Virus record (IMG/VR): IMGVR_UViG_3300047402_000065 | Location: 7,196-71,195 of that record | Length of the DNA stretch: 64,000 nucleotides | Direction: 5' to 3' (one strand) | Origin: a virus | Lineage: Duplodnaviria; Caudoviricetes | Part shown: positions 1 to 9,558 of the stretch, one piece after another | Numbering within the stretch: position 1 is the stretch's first letter | Layout of the letters: each line of letters starts with the position of its first letter | Notes under the pieces: model-generated | The model's database searches: none | Told to the model about the DNA's origin: nothing | What the model saw: the letters and a program-made list of their open reading frames with translations, nothing else | Made by a program: the position numbers and the translations under genes

Positions 1-75
1 AATGAAAGATTGTCAATGCCTTTGCTCGTCAGACATGTACGATAAGATAATCGAACGCGCTAAAAAACTTGGACT

Positions 76-417
76 ATGAACTCCTACCACAACACCAACC
101 ACGAAGGCGGCGACACCCTCAAGAAGAGCGAGGCAAAGGCCATGCGCCAGGAAGACGAGATCCTCGCATTCATCCAGTTCAGATACCCTCAGCAGATAAC
201 CCCTGAATACGCATGGGAGTACTCGGGCATGAAAGACCGTAACATCCCCCTGACATCGGTACGCCGATCCTTCACCAACCTCCACCGGCAGGGCAAGATC
301 GTCAAGAGCACCCACATGGTCAAAGGGATGTACGGCAAGATGATCCATACATGGACCATCATCACGCCCTTTGTGAAACCAGAACAACTATCGCTAATAG
401 AACTCGCCAATGGCTAA
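76..417 (+). CDS. small winged-helix-like DNA-binding protein (putative)
   Basis: 113 aa ORF; SVRRSFTNLHRQGKIVKS pattern typical of phage wHTH proteins; ATGA overlap with a short upstream frame. Confidence 0.45.
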   Translation: MNSYHNTNHEGGDTLKKSEAKAMRQEDEILAFIQFRYPQQITPEYAWEYSGMKDRNIPLTSVRRSFTNLHRQGKIVKSTHMVKGMYGKMIHTWTIITPFVKPEQLSLIELANG

Positions 418-907
418 GTCCAAACCTAACAACACCCTCATCCTCTCGGTATTCTGCCGTGACGGAAAGCTGAAGGTCGAAAACCCCCATCTTGTCAACG
501 CCTTTGTCGCCCAATACGAAGGGATGCGGGGCGTGATGGAGCTCAGACCTCTCACCGACTTCTCAAATAAGGAGAGGATGATGCGATTTTTGCATGCCGC
601 ACTCATCCCCTGCGTAGCCACCCTGCTCGCCCACAACGGCTATGGAGACCTCTCCAACGCCGACGTATACACCATCCTCAAAGACAGGTATGCCAAAGAG
701 ACATGGTACGATCCTATCAATAAGGTCGAGAAGTATAGATACAAAGACTTCTCCTCGTCATCCACAACAACAGGCGACCTCGTGGACTTTCTCAACGCTG
801 TGACGTATTTTATTGAGCACGACCTTGGTGGCACCGCCCCTAAGTCCGACGACTGGCTCATCAAAAAAAAACTTGGCTACTCCAAGCTCAACATCAAAGG
901 ACAATAA
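410..907 (+). CDS. NinB/Orf-like recombination accessory protein (putative)
   Basis: 165 aa, coupled to upstream gene; size and motif pattern (RFLHAALIP...STTTGDLVDFLNAV) resemble lambda NinB-like proteins. Confidence 0.4.
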   Translation: MAKSKPNNTLILSVFCRDGKLKVENPHLVNAFVAQYEGMRGVMELRPLTDFSNKERMMRFLHAALIPCVATLLAHNGYGDLSNADVYTILKDRYAKETWYDPINKVEKYRYKDFSSSSTTTGDLVDFLNAVTYFIEHDLGGTAPKSDDWLIKKKLGYSKLNIKGQ

Positions 908-938
908 CTATCTTCACACCCGGTAATAACGGTACATC

Positions 939-1988
939 ATGAAAACATCCATCCTTCCCCTTCCATTTGCTGACGCCATCCACCGCCATGAGTTTATTCC
1001 GGCGGGAACACTCAACGCACGGCGCCTGTACGACACCCCGCAGATCGCCTACCTCAAGAAAAAGCACGGCGTAGAAGTCGAGGTAGACGACATGGCCTGG
1101 GCACTCATCCAACGTGCCATCCTGCAGATACTGCGTGACAGCAACCCAAAGTACAGAGTGGAATACGCCATGTCTGTCATCGCCGAAGCTCTCTCGAGCC
1201 AGTGGGGCAAAGCATCAGAGCACTACCTCGCCATTGAGAAACTACTCCCGCAGGAAGAATCAGAGTGGATCGTAAACCAGACCATGGCCCTGCAGATAGG
1301 TGATGTCAACTTCACCACCTTCGAGGGAACAGACAAAGAACACATGTGGGGACGCAAGAACGCGTCCGTGTTCGGAGACATCCCCCTTTACCACATACCA
1401 TCCAAGACATTGTACTACTTCCAGGTCTGCAATACCCTGAGCTGGACCAAACAGGAACTACGCAAGACATGGCTCAACGAAGCCAATGTACTCGCTCAGA
1501 TACTCAGCGGCAATGACCACGAAGTAGAGAAGATCGAATGCCTGATGATCTTCAAAGACTGGTCACGGGGACGCGCAGATGCCAACGACCCTGACAACCC
1601 CACCTACCCGACCAAGCAGGTGGCCACGCTGGCACTGTCAGTATACAAGCCAGAGAGCGTAATGAAATTCATCAAAGCTCGCGCCATCCAACACCTCAAG
1701 ACATCGGAAGGCGATGTACCCCCATGCACAGATGTAGACAGATGGAAGGATGCAGACACATGGAAAGTCTGCTCACCGGTGAAAGACAACCCAGATGTAT
1801 ACCGCACCGTGGCAGGAGGTAAGTTCCTCACAGAACAGGATGCACAACAATTCCTCGCCACCAACCAATACAAGCTGCCAAAGGCGATAGTACGCCGCGA
1901 GACAGGAGAGTACAAACGATGTACCTCCTACTGCCCCGTGCGCGATCACTGCCCTCAGCATAAAGAATCACAACAGCATACGGGCTGA
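939..1988 (+). CDS. Cas4-like/PD-(D/E)XK family exonuclease, catalytic motif apparently degenerate
   Basis: 349 aa; C-terminal C..RC..YCPVRDHC cysteine cluster typical of phage Cas4-like nucleases; located in recombination module. Confidence 0.55.
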   Translation: MKTSILPLPFADAIHRHEFIPAGTLNARRLYDTPQIAYLKKKHGVEVEVDDMAWALIQRAILQILRDSNPKYRVEYAMSVIAEALSSQWGKASEHYLAIEKLLPQEESEWIVNQTMALQIGDVNFTTFEGTDKEHMWGRKNASVFGDIPLYHIPSKTLYYFQVCNTLSWTKQELRKTWLNEANVLAQILSGNDHEVEKIECLMIFKDWSRGRADANDPDNPTYPTKQVATLALSVYKPESVMKFIKARAIQHLKTSEGDVPPCTDVDRWKDADTWKVCSPVKDNPDVYRTVAGGKFLTEQDAQQFLATNQYKLPKAIVRRETGEYKRCTSYCPVRDHCPQHKESQQHTG

Positions 1989-2139
1989 CATCCTGTTATC
2001 CACAGCGCTCACGGCTATCCTCTCTTCTTCTTATCAGGACGAATCAGAACCACGCCGTAAGCCACAGGTGTCAGCCCACCAAATTGAATCATCACGTTCT
2101 TTAAAATGTTCCGGAAAATCCCCTGTACTTAAGCAGGTC

Positions 2140-2540
2140 CTTGGGGGCTCGCCCTTCTGCGCAGAAGGGGTAATCCCCGTCAACAATGGGCAAGACGAAT
2201 GGTAGGAAGACCATTGCAGATGAGATCTCTGCTTCCGGATACCCCCTTGCTTGTTTCAGATGCAATACATCCGAAGCAACGGTCATCGCCGAATGTGTGT
2301 CGGTTGCTCCCCCAAAAGGGTCGGAGGAAAACTTAAAGTGGAAATTTGCTGGTGCACCAGCTTGCCCATGTATAGAGCCAGTACGAAGGGAAATAACGAG
2401 CCTTACACACCGAGGCGATGACACCTTAAAAAGCACGAAAAGTCAGGAGCGTGAACGTGACGCATGGTGACACTATCCACCAAAACATTCCAACGGATAG
2501 CGTGTGAGGACCACAGCCGCGACACGGGGCGTGTCAGAAG
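2140..2540 (+). ncRNA. candidate structured RNA, unidentified family
   Basis: Dense inverted repeats: 2152-2169 perfect palindrome, long-range stem 2186-2194/2361-2369 enclosing hairpins 2198-2215, 2216-2232 and 2348-2361, plus 2473-2500 and 2521-2535; strand assumed from flanking genes. Confidence 0.3.
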
Positions 2541-2580
2541 CTACTTCTTCGATGAGGAGTGGTCCACAAAAAACATAACT

Positions 2581-3918
2581 ATGAAACAAGGACTATACCT
2601 CAGACAGATGACCGTCGAGCACTTCATGGGCGTCGACTACCAAGAGATTAACTTCGATAACGGCAATGTCGTACTCATCGGTGGCAACGGCGCCGGCAAG
2701 TCTTCGCTCATCCGAGCCCTGCTATCGCCTATCGACAGCAAGTGGATCCCCGACAAGCCCATCAAGGCTGGGGAGGAGCGCGGAAGCATCATCCTGAAGA
2801 TCGATGGCACACGCAATGGACAGAAGGAAGAGTATGAGATACAGTGTGTGTTCACTCCATCAAACCAGCGCGGTAAGATATCCATCATCCGTAACGGAGA
2901 AAAAGTTAAAGGCGGTGAGAAAACCATCCTCAACCAGATATTCGGACGCATAGGCTTCTCCATCACAGACTTCTTCAACGCCTCAGAGAAAGAACGCCTG
3001 CAGATGCTCAAAGAGGTCAGTAAGTGCGGTGACAAAATCGACAAGCTCGATCATCAGCGTGCCGAAGCGGAGGTCGTCAGAAAGGTCGCAAAAGCAGAGC
3101 TGGAGAAGATGAAGAATGTCAACTCCCGCGAGGCAAGACCCTTCACCGATGAAGACATCGACAAATACCGCAAGAAAGAGGATGAAGAAGCCCTCCAGGT
3201 AGAGCTCAAAGAGGTGTCCTCCCGCATCGAGAAATACAACGAGAACTATCAGAAGATAGAGACTGCCCGCCGACAGATGGATGAGGCCGTCAAGAGAGCC
3301 GACGAGATAGGCGAAGAGATAACACGCCTCAACGCAGAGCTGGACGCTAAGAAAATCCAGATGCTCGAGAAGACCTCCTTCGTAGCGTCAAAACAGAAAT
3401 GGCTGAAAGAACAAGCCGAGCCGTGGCTCGAACGCAATAAAACCAAGCCATCCACAGATGCGGTGATCGCCCGTATCGCTGATGTACGCAAGCATAACCA
3501 GATGGTAGAGATCATCTCCCAGTATGCCGACAGGCAGAAAGGCATCCTATCCAAACAGGAGGAAGTGGAAGAACTGGAAGAGAGAATAAAGGCTATTGAC
3601 AAGCAGAAGATAGATGTCATCGCCTCCTCGCAACTGCCGGTGGACGGCCTGCTCTGGGGCGAAGACGGGGTGACACTCAACGGAATACCCGTAGAACAGG
3701 TCAACACACAAAAGCAGCTCGACCTGGCCATAGCCATAGCAACGGCGATGAATCCGACATTGAAACTTGTTGTGATCAGCGAGGGCTCCCTGTTTGACAG
3801 CACCCACCTGAAGTCAACACTTGACACATTGACAGAGCGAGGGTTCTACTGGGTAGTAGAGAAGGTGGCCCAGGATGGCACCCCGCTGGAAATAAAATAC
3901 GAGGAGAGAAGCGCATGA
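2581..3918 (+). CDS. SMC/RecF/SbcC-like ABC ATPase with coiled coil
   Basis: Walker A GGNGAGKSS near N-terminus, long coiled coil, C-terminal signature/Walker B-like region; start moved to ATG 2581 behind an A-rich leader. Confidence 0.75.
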   Translation: MKQGLYLRQMTVEHFMGVDYQEINFDNGNVVLIGGNGAGKSSLIRALLSPIDSKWIPDKPIKAGEERGSIILKIDGTRNGQKEEYEIQCVFTPSNQRGKISIIRNGEKVKGGEKTILNQIFGRIGFSITDFFNASEKERLQMLKEVSKCGDKIDKLDHQRAEAEVVRKVAKAELEKMKNVNSREARPFTDEDIDKYRKKEDEEALQVELKEVSSRIEKYNENYQKIETARRQMDEAVKRADEIGEEITRLNAELDAKKIQMLEKTSFVASKQKWLKEQAEPWLERNKTKPSTDAVIARIADVRKHNQMVEIISQYADRQKGILSKQEEVEELEERIKAIDKQKIDVIASSQLPVDGLLWGEDGVTLNGIPVEQVNTQKQLDLAIAIATAMNPTLKLVVISEGSLFDSTHLKSTLDTLTERGFYWVVEKVAQDGTPLEIKYEERSA

Positions 3919-5645
3919 ACGACATTAGATTAGAAGGCACCATACTGCTGTGTTATCAGAAGGTGTGGCCCACAGAAGTCCTCGAAGTGGCAAAATTCCT
4001 GTGGATGACCATCGACCCGCAGACCAACGTCATCTCTATCAACCTCCCTATGACATACAAGAAAGGAGTCATCGCCTTTCTGCGTCACGCCTATCCGACT
4101 TTCATGCGATCACCACAGCATAAGGCCGACAGAGCCGCCCTGCAGCAGGACCTGCAGCAGGCTTATAACTCCATTTACCTCGACTTCGAGCAGCACCAGG
4201 CTCCGCTCATCCCGTACTGGGATCACGTCTATGATGAGGTGCATGACACTTACACCCCACTCTTCCAACATCAGAAAGAAGCTATCGTGGCGATGTACCA
4301 TCGCAAGAATAACTTCCTGGCCTACGAGATGAGGACGGGTAAGACCATCACAAGCATGTCTAACGCTCTTGCATCCCGCTCCCGCAGAACAGTGATCGTC
4401 TGCTACGATGTGGGCAAATTCTCATTCATGAAGGATCTATGCAGCAAGCGATGGAATAAGCATATCCAGTCCTTCGACCCATTTGAGTTCACCGTGCTCT
4501 GCTCGGCACGTCGCAGGACCATCCACGCCTTTAACGAGAAGTACGTCATAGTCAACTACGAGGCGGTGACCAAGTACCTCGACGCGCTCATCCACTCCGG
4601 CACAAAAGCGACCGATCACATCATCTTTGACGAAGCTCAAAAAGTAAAATCAACCAGTACAGCTACACACAGGATATGCCGACAGCTCATCGAGGAGTGC
4701 CCCGACGCACGACTTACCATGATGACCGGCACGCCGGTCATGAACCGCATAGACGACCTATTCGCATACTTCAAGATGAGCAAGCACCCCCTTGGAGAGT
4801 CCCGCGCTCACTTTGAGAAGCTGTTCATCATCCGAAACAATAACCAACGTAGCTCAAAAGTAACAGGTGTCAGGCAAGCCGACCTGCTGAGCGATATACT
4901 TGGCAACTTCATGCTCCGCAAGCGCCTCGATGAATGTGTGGATGTACCCAAGAAGGCGCACGTCAAGCTCTACTACCCTCTGGGCGAGTATGAGCAGGCC
5001 TATGACGACGCCGTCCGTGCTGCGCTGATAACAGAGGGTAAGGTTAACGAGAGCAACTTCTCCTCACTCACCTCACTGATGGCTCAGGCTAAGTGCCCAG
5101 GCACCATCGAGCAGATTAAACTCCTTGTGGATCAGGGAGAAAAGGTCGTCGTCTTCACGTCTTACTCTAAGCCTCTTGACATCCTCTCGGAGGCGATGAG
5201 AAGCGAGAAGATAGGGTATGTCAGAGTGGACGGCAAGATAGATGGCGCGGAGAAAGTAGCTCGTGCCGAAAAGTTTAATACCGATCCTGAGTGTAAGGTA
5301 TTCCTAGGTCAGATGAGGGCTGCCGGACACTCCATATCTCTATACGCAGCTAACCATACCATCATCCTCAACCAGCCTCTCACCGCCTCAGATATCAAGC
5401 AGTGTCTGTTCCGAGACGTGACCATGACCAAGCAGCAGGCCAGCACAGTATACTATGCTATATGCACGCGTGACGATGGCGAGGCGACCATAGATGAGGT
5501 AGTGCTCGACCTGAACATCAGCAAGTACGAAGATGCCAACGATGTGATAGATCGCGGAGAGGCCATGACAAGCATAGAAAATGCCGCCGAGGTAGTATAC
5601 AGGGCGATGATGGAACAATACGAAAAACAACACGCAGACTTATGA
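3915..5645 (+). CDS. SNF2-family helicase/ATPase
   Basis: Motifs EMRTGKT, IIFDEAQ, TGTPVMN, KVVVFT, RVDG, AAGHSISL; ATGA coupling. Confidence 0.8.
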   Translation: MNDIRLEGTILLCYQKVWPTEVLEVAKFLWMTIDPQTNVISINLPMTYKKGVIAFLRHAYPTFMRSPQHKADRAALQQDLQQAYNSIYLDFEQHQAPLIPYWDHVYDEVHDTYTPLFQHQKEAIVAMYHRKNNFLAYEMRTGKTITSMSNALASRSRRTVIVCYDVGKFSFMKDLCSKRWNKHIQSFDPFEFTVLCSARRRTIHAFNEKYVIVNYEAVTKYLDALIHSGTKATDHIIFDEAQKVKSTSTATHRICRQLIEECPDARLTMMTGTPVMNRIDDLFAYFKMSKHPLGESRAHFEKLFIIRNNNQRSSKVTGVRQADLLSDILGNFMLRKRLDECVDVPKKAHVKLYYPLGEYEQAYDDAVRAALITEGKVNESNFSSLTSLMAQAKCPGTIEQIKLLVDQGEKVVVFTSYSKPLDILSEAMRSEKIGYVRVDGKIDGAEKVARAEKFNTDPECKVFLGQMRAAGHSISLYAANHTIILNQPLTASDIKQCLFRDVTMTKQQASTVYYAICTRDDGEATIDEVVLDLNISKYEDANDVIDRGEAMTSIENAAEVVYRAMMEQYEKQHADL

Positions 5646-6790
5646 AAAGCATAACCATGTCCCGCGATGCGTTCGTCAGCGCATCCTCCAAAGCCTTTCC
5701 GTTTATCGAGAAAGATGTTACTCTACCGATCTATTCATGCTATCGCCTTGACTTCGATGGCACCAACCTATACATCACCGCCTCTATGGGTGGTAATCAC
5801 CAGATCACCACCTTCTGTGCTGCGCAGGGCGACAAGTTTACTGTATGCGTATCAGCATACATGCTCCATAAACTAGCGTTATCTCTGATCGAGAGCGAGC
5901 TGACCTTTCAGTTTCCTGAAAGCAAGGGACAGCTAAAGCACCTGCGCATAACAGGGAGAGGTCATAAGCACGACCTACCTATCTTTGACCCAGTAGACTT
6001 CTACATACTGCCGGAACCGGAGAAGAGGAGCCGTGCACGTATCAAGGGATCGGTATTCACCGGGATGATAGGGGTGGCCATGAGTCTTATCGACTCCAAG
6101 CGCAATGAGATGCACCCGCAGATGGCGGGAATCAACATGACCCTGCACGAAGCGCTGCCTGGATCCTTCATTATGCAGGGAGGCACAGGACATTCTTTCG
6201 CCGTCGCCGAATATCCGGCCTGCGGCATAGACAAGTGGGACGCTGTCACCATAGACAAAGCTCCTGTAAAAGACATCGCTGAATTAGTGCAAGGACACGA
6301 AGATGTGGAGATGTATCACGACAACATGAGGGTGGTCATCTCTACCGCCTCGGCTCGCATATCCACCCGATTGCTCGAAGGCAAGTTCCCGGATATGGCC
6401 AAGCTGCTGACCAGCGTCAAGACAACAGGTCGCATAAGGCTTAACGCAGGAGAGATCGGCATGGCACTCAGGCGCCTGTCTTATCATAAAAGCGAGACCG
6501 TCAAGATACTGGTAATGAATATACCAGACCATGGCAACATGGTATTGTCGCTCGACAACAACGAACAGGGGTCTATCGGCAATGAAGAGGTGGAGTTATC
6601 TGGCAACCCAGAGCCAGTAGTGATGGGGTTCAGCCATACGCTACTCAGTGAATCTCTGCGCTCGGCACATGCGGTATCCCTGGAGTTATCATACTCAGTG
6701 CATGACAAGCCTATGGTCATCACCGCCACAGAGTCGGAAGACAACAGGTGGAATTGTTCAATACTCATCGCCCCGACACGAATCAAATGA
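5642..6790 (+). CDS. dnaN: DNA polymerase III beta sliding clamp homolog
   Basis: 382 aa; STRLLEGKFPDM motif, MGFSHTLL and terminal LIAPTRI match the DnaN pattern. Confidence 0.8.
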   Translation: MKSITMSRDAFVSASSKAFPFIEKDVTLPIYSCYRLDFDGTNLYITASMGGNHQITTFCAAQGDKFTVCVSAYMLHKLALSLIESELTFQFPESKGQLKHLRITGRGHKHDLPIFDPVDFYILPEPEKRSRARIKGSVFTGMIGVAMSLIDSKRNEMHPQMAGINMTLHEALPGSFIMQGGTGHSFAVAEYPACGIDKWDAVTIDKAPVKDIAELVQGHEDVEMYHDNMRVVISTASARISTRLLEGKFPDMAKLLTSVKTTGRIRLNAGEIGMALRRLSYHKSETVKILVMNIPDHGNMVLSLDNNEQGSIGNEEVELSGNPEPVVMGFSHTLLSESLRSAHAVSLELSYSVHDKPMVITATESEDNRWNCSILIAPTRIK

Positions 6791-8544
6791 ATATCAGCAT
6801 CTATAAAAATGCGCTGGACCACAAGGGCACGACAGACTCCCTTATCGCAGTCCTCAAGCGCATCAAAAACGGAACGTACGCCCAGCAGATAAAGCATCTG
6901 CGATCGCTCGATAAAGAGCAGTATGCGGAAGAAAAGAAGTCGCTGCTGCCGGCAGCGACTTTCTCAGGGCTATTCGAGCCCACACGCCTCGACGCTAATC
7001 TAAGAGCGTACTCAGGGCTGATCACCTGCGACATAGACCATTTGCTTGAAGAGGAGTTTGACGACACAAGGGCGGCTATCTGCGCTGACGCACACACCTA
7101 CTGCCTGTTTACATCCCCCGGCGGTGATGGGCTGAAGGTGCTCGTACCTGTAACATCGGGCAAGGAACATCATAAGCAGGCCTTCAACTGCGTCAGAGAG
7201 TATTTCCTATCGCAGTTCGGAGTAGAGCTGGACCCATCAGGTAAGAATGAGGCTCGCCTCTGCTTCGTAAGCCACGACCCTGACCTGTACTTCAACGGTA
7301 AGGCGACGCCTCTGCCGGTCATCATCGACGAGGCCGTCGCCAAGACCGTATACTCGGATCGTACCAAGACCTACGGAGATTTCCGGGTGACGGAAGACGA
7401 CCGCAAGAAGTACGAGGTATGCGCTATGTGGGCAGATTTCTACACGCCCTATCAGGAAGGGCAGCGTAATACCCATATCTACAAGCTATCGTGTAACCTT
7501 AACAGGGTGGGCGTGAAGCGCGAGACGGCAATGCTGATGATACTACGCGACAAGACAGATTTCCCTGTTGACGAGTGCAAAGATGTAGTGTATAAATGCT
7601 ATGCCGCCAACGCATCAGAGCATGGCACGCAGAGCATCTACGACTTCGAGCAGGAGCAGGACGCACAGCGTGGCATGCTTGAGTATTCCTCGCCAGGAAG
7701 CATCATGGAACGTCTCATTAATGCTCCCGTCACCGGACTCATCCCCACGGGCTACCCCAAGCGGGACATGATGTTCGGCGGTGGCATGCAGCGATCCAGC
7801 GTATATGCTTACATAGGACGCGAGAAGACCTTCAAGAGCGTCGACGCCATACGCACCGCCTGTCATGTAGCAGCGGCAACAGGCCCTGTACTGTACTTCA
7901 ACGGCGAGATGAGCGAGCTTCAGTACATGCAGATAGTAGCACAGCAGGAACTCGGAGTACGGAGAATCCATTTCCAGCAGGAGCGTGAGCGCATAGCAGA
8001 ATACTACAAGAACCACCTCGGTAAGCTGTGCATCGTCTCCGGCTCGGACTTCACTCGTGACCAGGCGGAGAAGACTATCAACGCCATGCGCATAAAACTG
8101 GGCGAAGATCCTGTGCTGATCATCTACGACGGCCTCAAGCAGATGTCATCGGGTCGGCAGCGCGAAGCCATCCTATCCATGATAGAGAATGCTGGCGTAG
8201 CCAAAGAGGTCGCCAAGACTACCAACTGCGCGGTAGTAGTGCTGATACATACCGATGCCAAATGTAAGTACTGGCACCGTAACCCAAGAGATTTTGTACT
8301 GGGCAAGACACAGGTGACGCGTAATTTCGACGGGTCAGTATCTTTCTCCCGCTTCATACAGGATGGCTCCTTCCAGGATGAATACACCTACGAGCTTCGC
8401 AACGACGTATATTGCGTCAAGGTACAGGATGACCGCCTCACCGGAGAGTCTGACTTCGTAGTAATGGACCTCTCTACGAACGTGGTACCCGCCGAGAGCG
8501 AACAGGATATAGTCATGCTCGAAGTAAAAATGAACGAAGACTAA
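6787..8544 (+). CDS. primase-helicase (BT4734/VirE N-terminal, PriCT-1-like, DnaB/RepA-like helicase)
   Basis: KKSLLPAATFSG, CDIDH, FTSPGGDGLK, RLCFVSHDP; EGQRNTHIYKL; Walker A-like GREKTFKS and YFNGEMSE; start taken at ATG 6787 overlapping clamp TGA. Confidence 0.75.
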   Translation: MNISIYKNALDHKGTTDSLIAVLKRIKNGTYAQQIKHLRSLDKEQYAEEKKSLLPAATFSGLFEPTRLDANLRAYSGLITCDIDHLLEEEFDDTRAAICADAHTYCLFTSPGGDGLKVLVPVTSGKEHHKQAFNCVREYFLSQFGVELDPSGKNEARLCFVSHDPDLYFNGKATPLPVIIDEAVAKTVYSDRTKTYGDFRVTEDDRKKYEVCAMWADFYTPYQEGQRNTHIYKLSCNLNRVGVKRETAMLMILRDKTDFPVDECKDVVYKCYAANASEHGTQSIYDFEQEQDAQRGMLEYSSPGSIMERLINAPVTGLIPTGYPKRDMMFGGGMQRSSVYAYIGREKTFKSVDAIRTACHVAAATGPVLYFNGEMSELQYMQIVAQQELGVRRIHFQQERERIAEYYKNHLGKLCIVSGSDFTRDQAEKTINAMRIKLGEDPVLIIYDGLKQMSSGRQREAILSMIENAGVAKEVAKTTNCAVVVLIHTDAKCKYWHRNPRDFVLGKTQVTRNFDGSVSFSRFIQDGSFQDEYTYELRNDVYCVKVQDDRLTGESDFVVMDLSTNVVPAESEQDIVMLEVKMNED

Positions 8545-8602
8545 CGGTTTGCAGCTTGGCGTTCGGCTGAGGAACGAAGCTGACGCTAAGGTGCTGTTAT
8601 AG
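8539..8602 (+). repeat. attC-like palindromic site 1
   Basis: GACTAAC (contains primase stop TAA 8542-8544) GGTTT GCAGCTTGGCGTTCGGCT - GAGGAACGA - AGCTGACGCTAAGGTGC T GTTATAG; imperfect hairpin. Confidence 0.75.
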
Positions 8603-8634
8603 CCAGTAGCGGTTAGTTTAGTAGGAACTTAAAT

Positions 8635-9375
8635 ATGGAACACGAACAAATGTTTTTAAAAATGCGAAGCGAAGGGAAATTAAAATTACTTGACTTATTT
8701 TGTTGTGCTGGTGGTGCAGGATATGGCTATCATCTTGCTGGGCTTGAAGTAGTAGGAGTGGACATAGAGCCACAGCCCGAATACCCATTTGAGTTTATAC
8801 AAACCGATGCTATACAATACTGCAAGGAGCATGGACATAAGTTTGACTTTATCCACGCATCACCGCCCTGCCAACATTTTACGAAATACAATAATTGCAG
8901 AAAAAACCTGAAAGAAAAGTATGAGGACTTGATACAACCAACAAGGGCGGTGTTAATTGAAAGTGGAAAACCTTATGTAATGGAGAATGTGGTTGGAGCT
9001 CCGTTAATCAATCCAATAACATTGTGTGGCTCTATGTTCGGACTTGACGTGCGTAGGCATAGATTGTTTGAAAGCAATTTGGAAATACCACAACTCAAAT
9101 GTGACCATAAAATTTGGCAACCAAACAGATTTCCAGGCGGTAGGTCAAGAGAGCGAGGACACGCAAGGGTGTTGTGTAGAGGAACAGTTGAAATTGGTAG
9201 ATGGAATATTCCGATAAAGACACAGCAAGATGCAATGGGCATTGATTGGATAAACGAGTTACGAAAGTTGAGCGAAAGCATCCCGCCAGCTTACACAAAA
9301 TATATCGGTGAACAATTTTTGTGCGGTGGGGCATTTTTAAAAACATTTGAACCGAAAACTAAATATGGAACGTGA
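8635..9375 (+). CDS. C5-cytosine DNA methyltransferase-like protein (cassette 1)
   Basis: LDLFCCAGGAG (motif I), HASPPCQ (catalytic PC), MENV, RRHRLFE; AT-rich. Confidence 0.8.
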   Translation: MEHEQMFLKMRSEGKLKLLDLFCCAGGAGYGYHLAGLEVVGVDIEPQPEYPFEFIQTDAIQYCKEHGHKFDFIHASPPCQHFTKYNNCRKNLKEKYEDLIQPTRAVLIESGKPYVMENVVGAPLINPITLCGSMFGLDVRRHRLFESNLEIPQLKCDHKIWQPNRFPGGRSRERGHARVLCRGTVEIGRWNIPIKTQQDAMGIDWINELRKLSESIPPAYTKYIGEQFLCGGAFLKTFEPKTKYGT

Positions 9376-9382
9376 ATGTAGC

Positions 9383-9490
9383 ATTGCTGGTAACGGTGGC
9401 GATTGGCGAAGTAAAAGCCGACCACAAATGTTGATGCGAAGCACTATACTAAATCGGCTTTTATTTTGCCAATTGCGTGTTACCAGTAGT
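9383..9490 (+). repeat. attC-like palindromic site 2
   Basis: ATTGCTGGTAAC...GTTACCAGTAGT; inner arms GCGATTGGCGAAGTAAAAGCCGA / TCGGCTTTTATTTTGCCAATTGC pair at all 23 positions if three G-T wobbles are allowed. Confidence 0.85.
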
Positions 9491-9558
9491 GTGGTTAATG
9501 TGCAGAAACTTAAATACGAAGATGAAAACCTTTTTTATTAAAACTTTTTAGCGAGGGA

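Noticed and set aside
1-79. Circularity or terminal repeat of a complete genome
   Set aside because: No sequence shared between the two ends; the window seems to begin within or just before a short upstream frame, so completeness cannot be claimed.
1996-2004. Perfect DnaA box TTATCCACA in an intergenic gap, tempting given the phage DnaA domain-IV protein
   Set aside because: Single copy; a 9-mer is expected about 0.5 times by chance in 64 kb on two strands, and another copy lies inside a coding region (36266-36274). No box cluster.
2186-2470. 94-aa ORF with Cys residues
   Set aside because: Lies across the hairpin-rich segment with no recognisable motif; not called, though it cannot be excluded.
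2143-2482. tmRNA-like ends (GGGGGCT... and ...TCCACCA)
   Set aside because: No T-arm (GTTCRA) before the CCA end and no acceptor-stem complementarity.
9347-9541. 64-aa ORF between the two methylases
   Set aside because: It simply reads through attC-like site 2; treated as a spurious frame.
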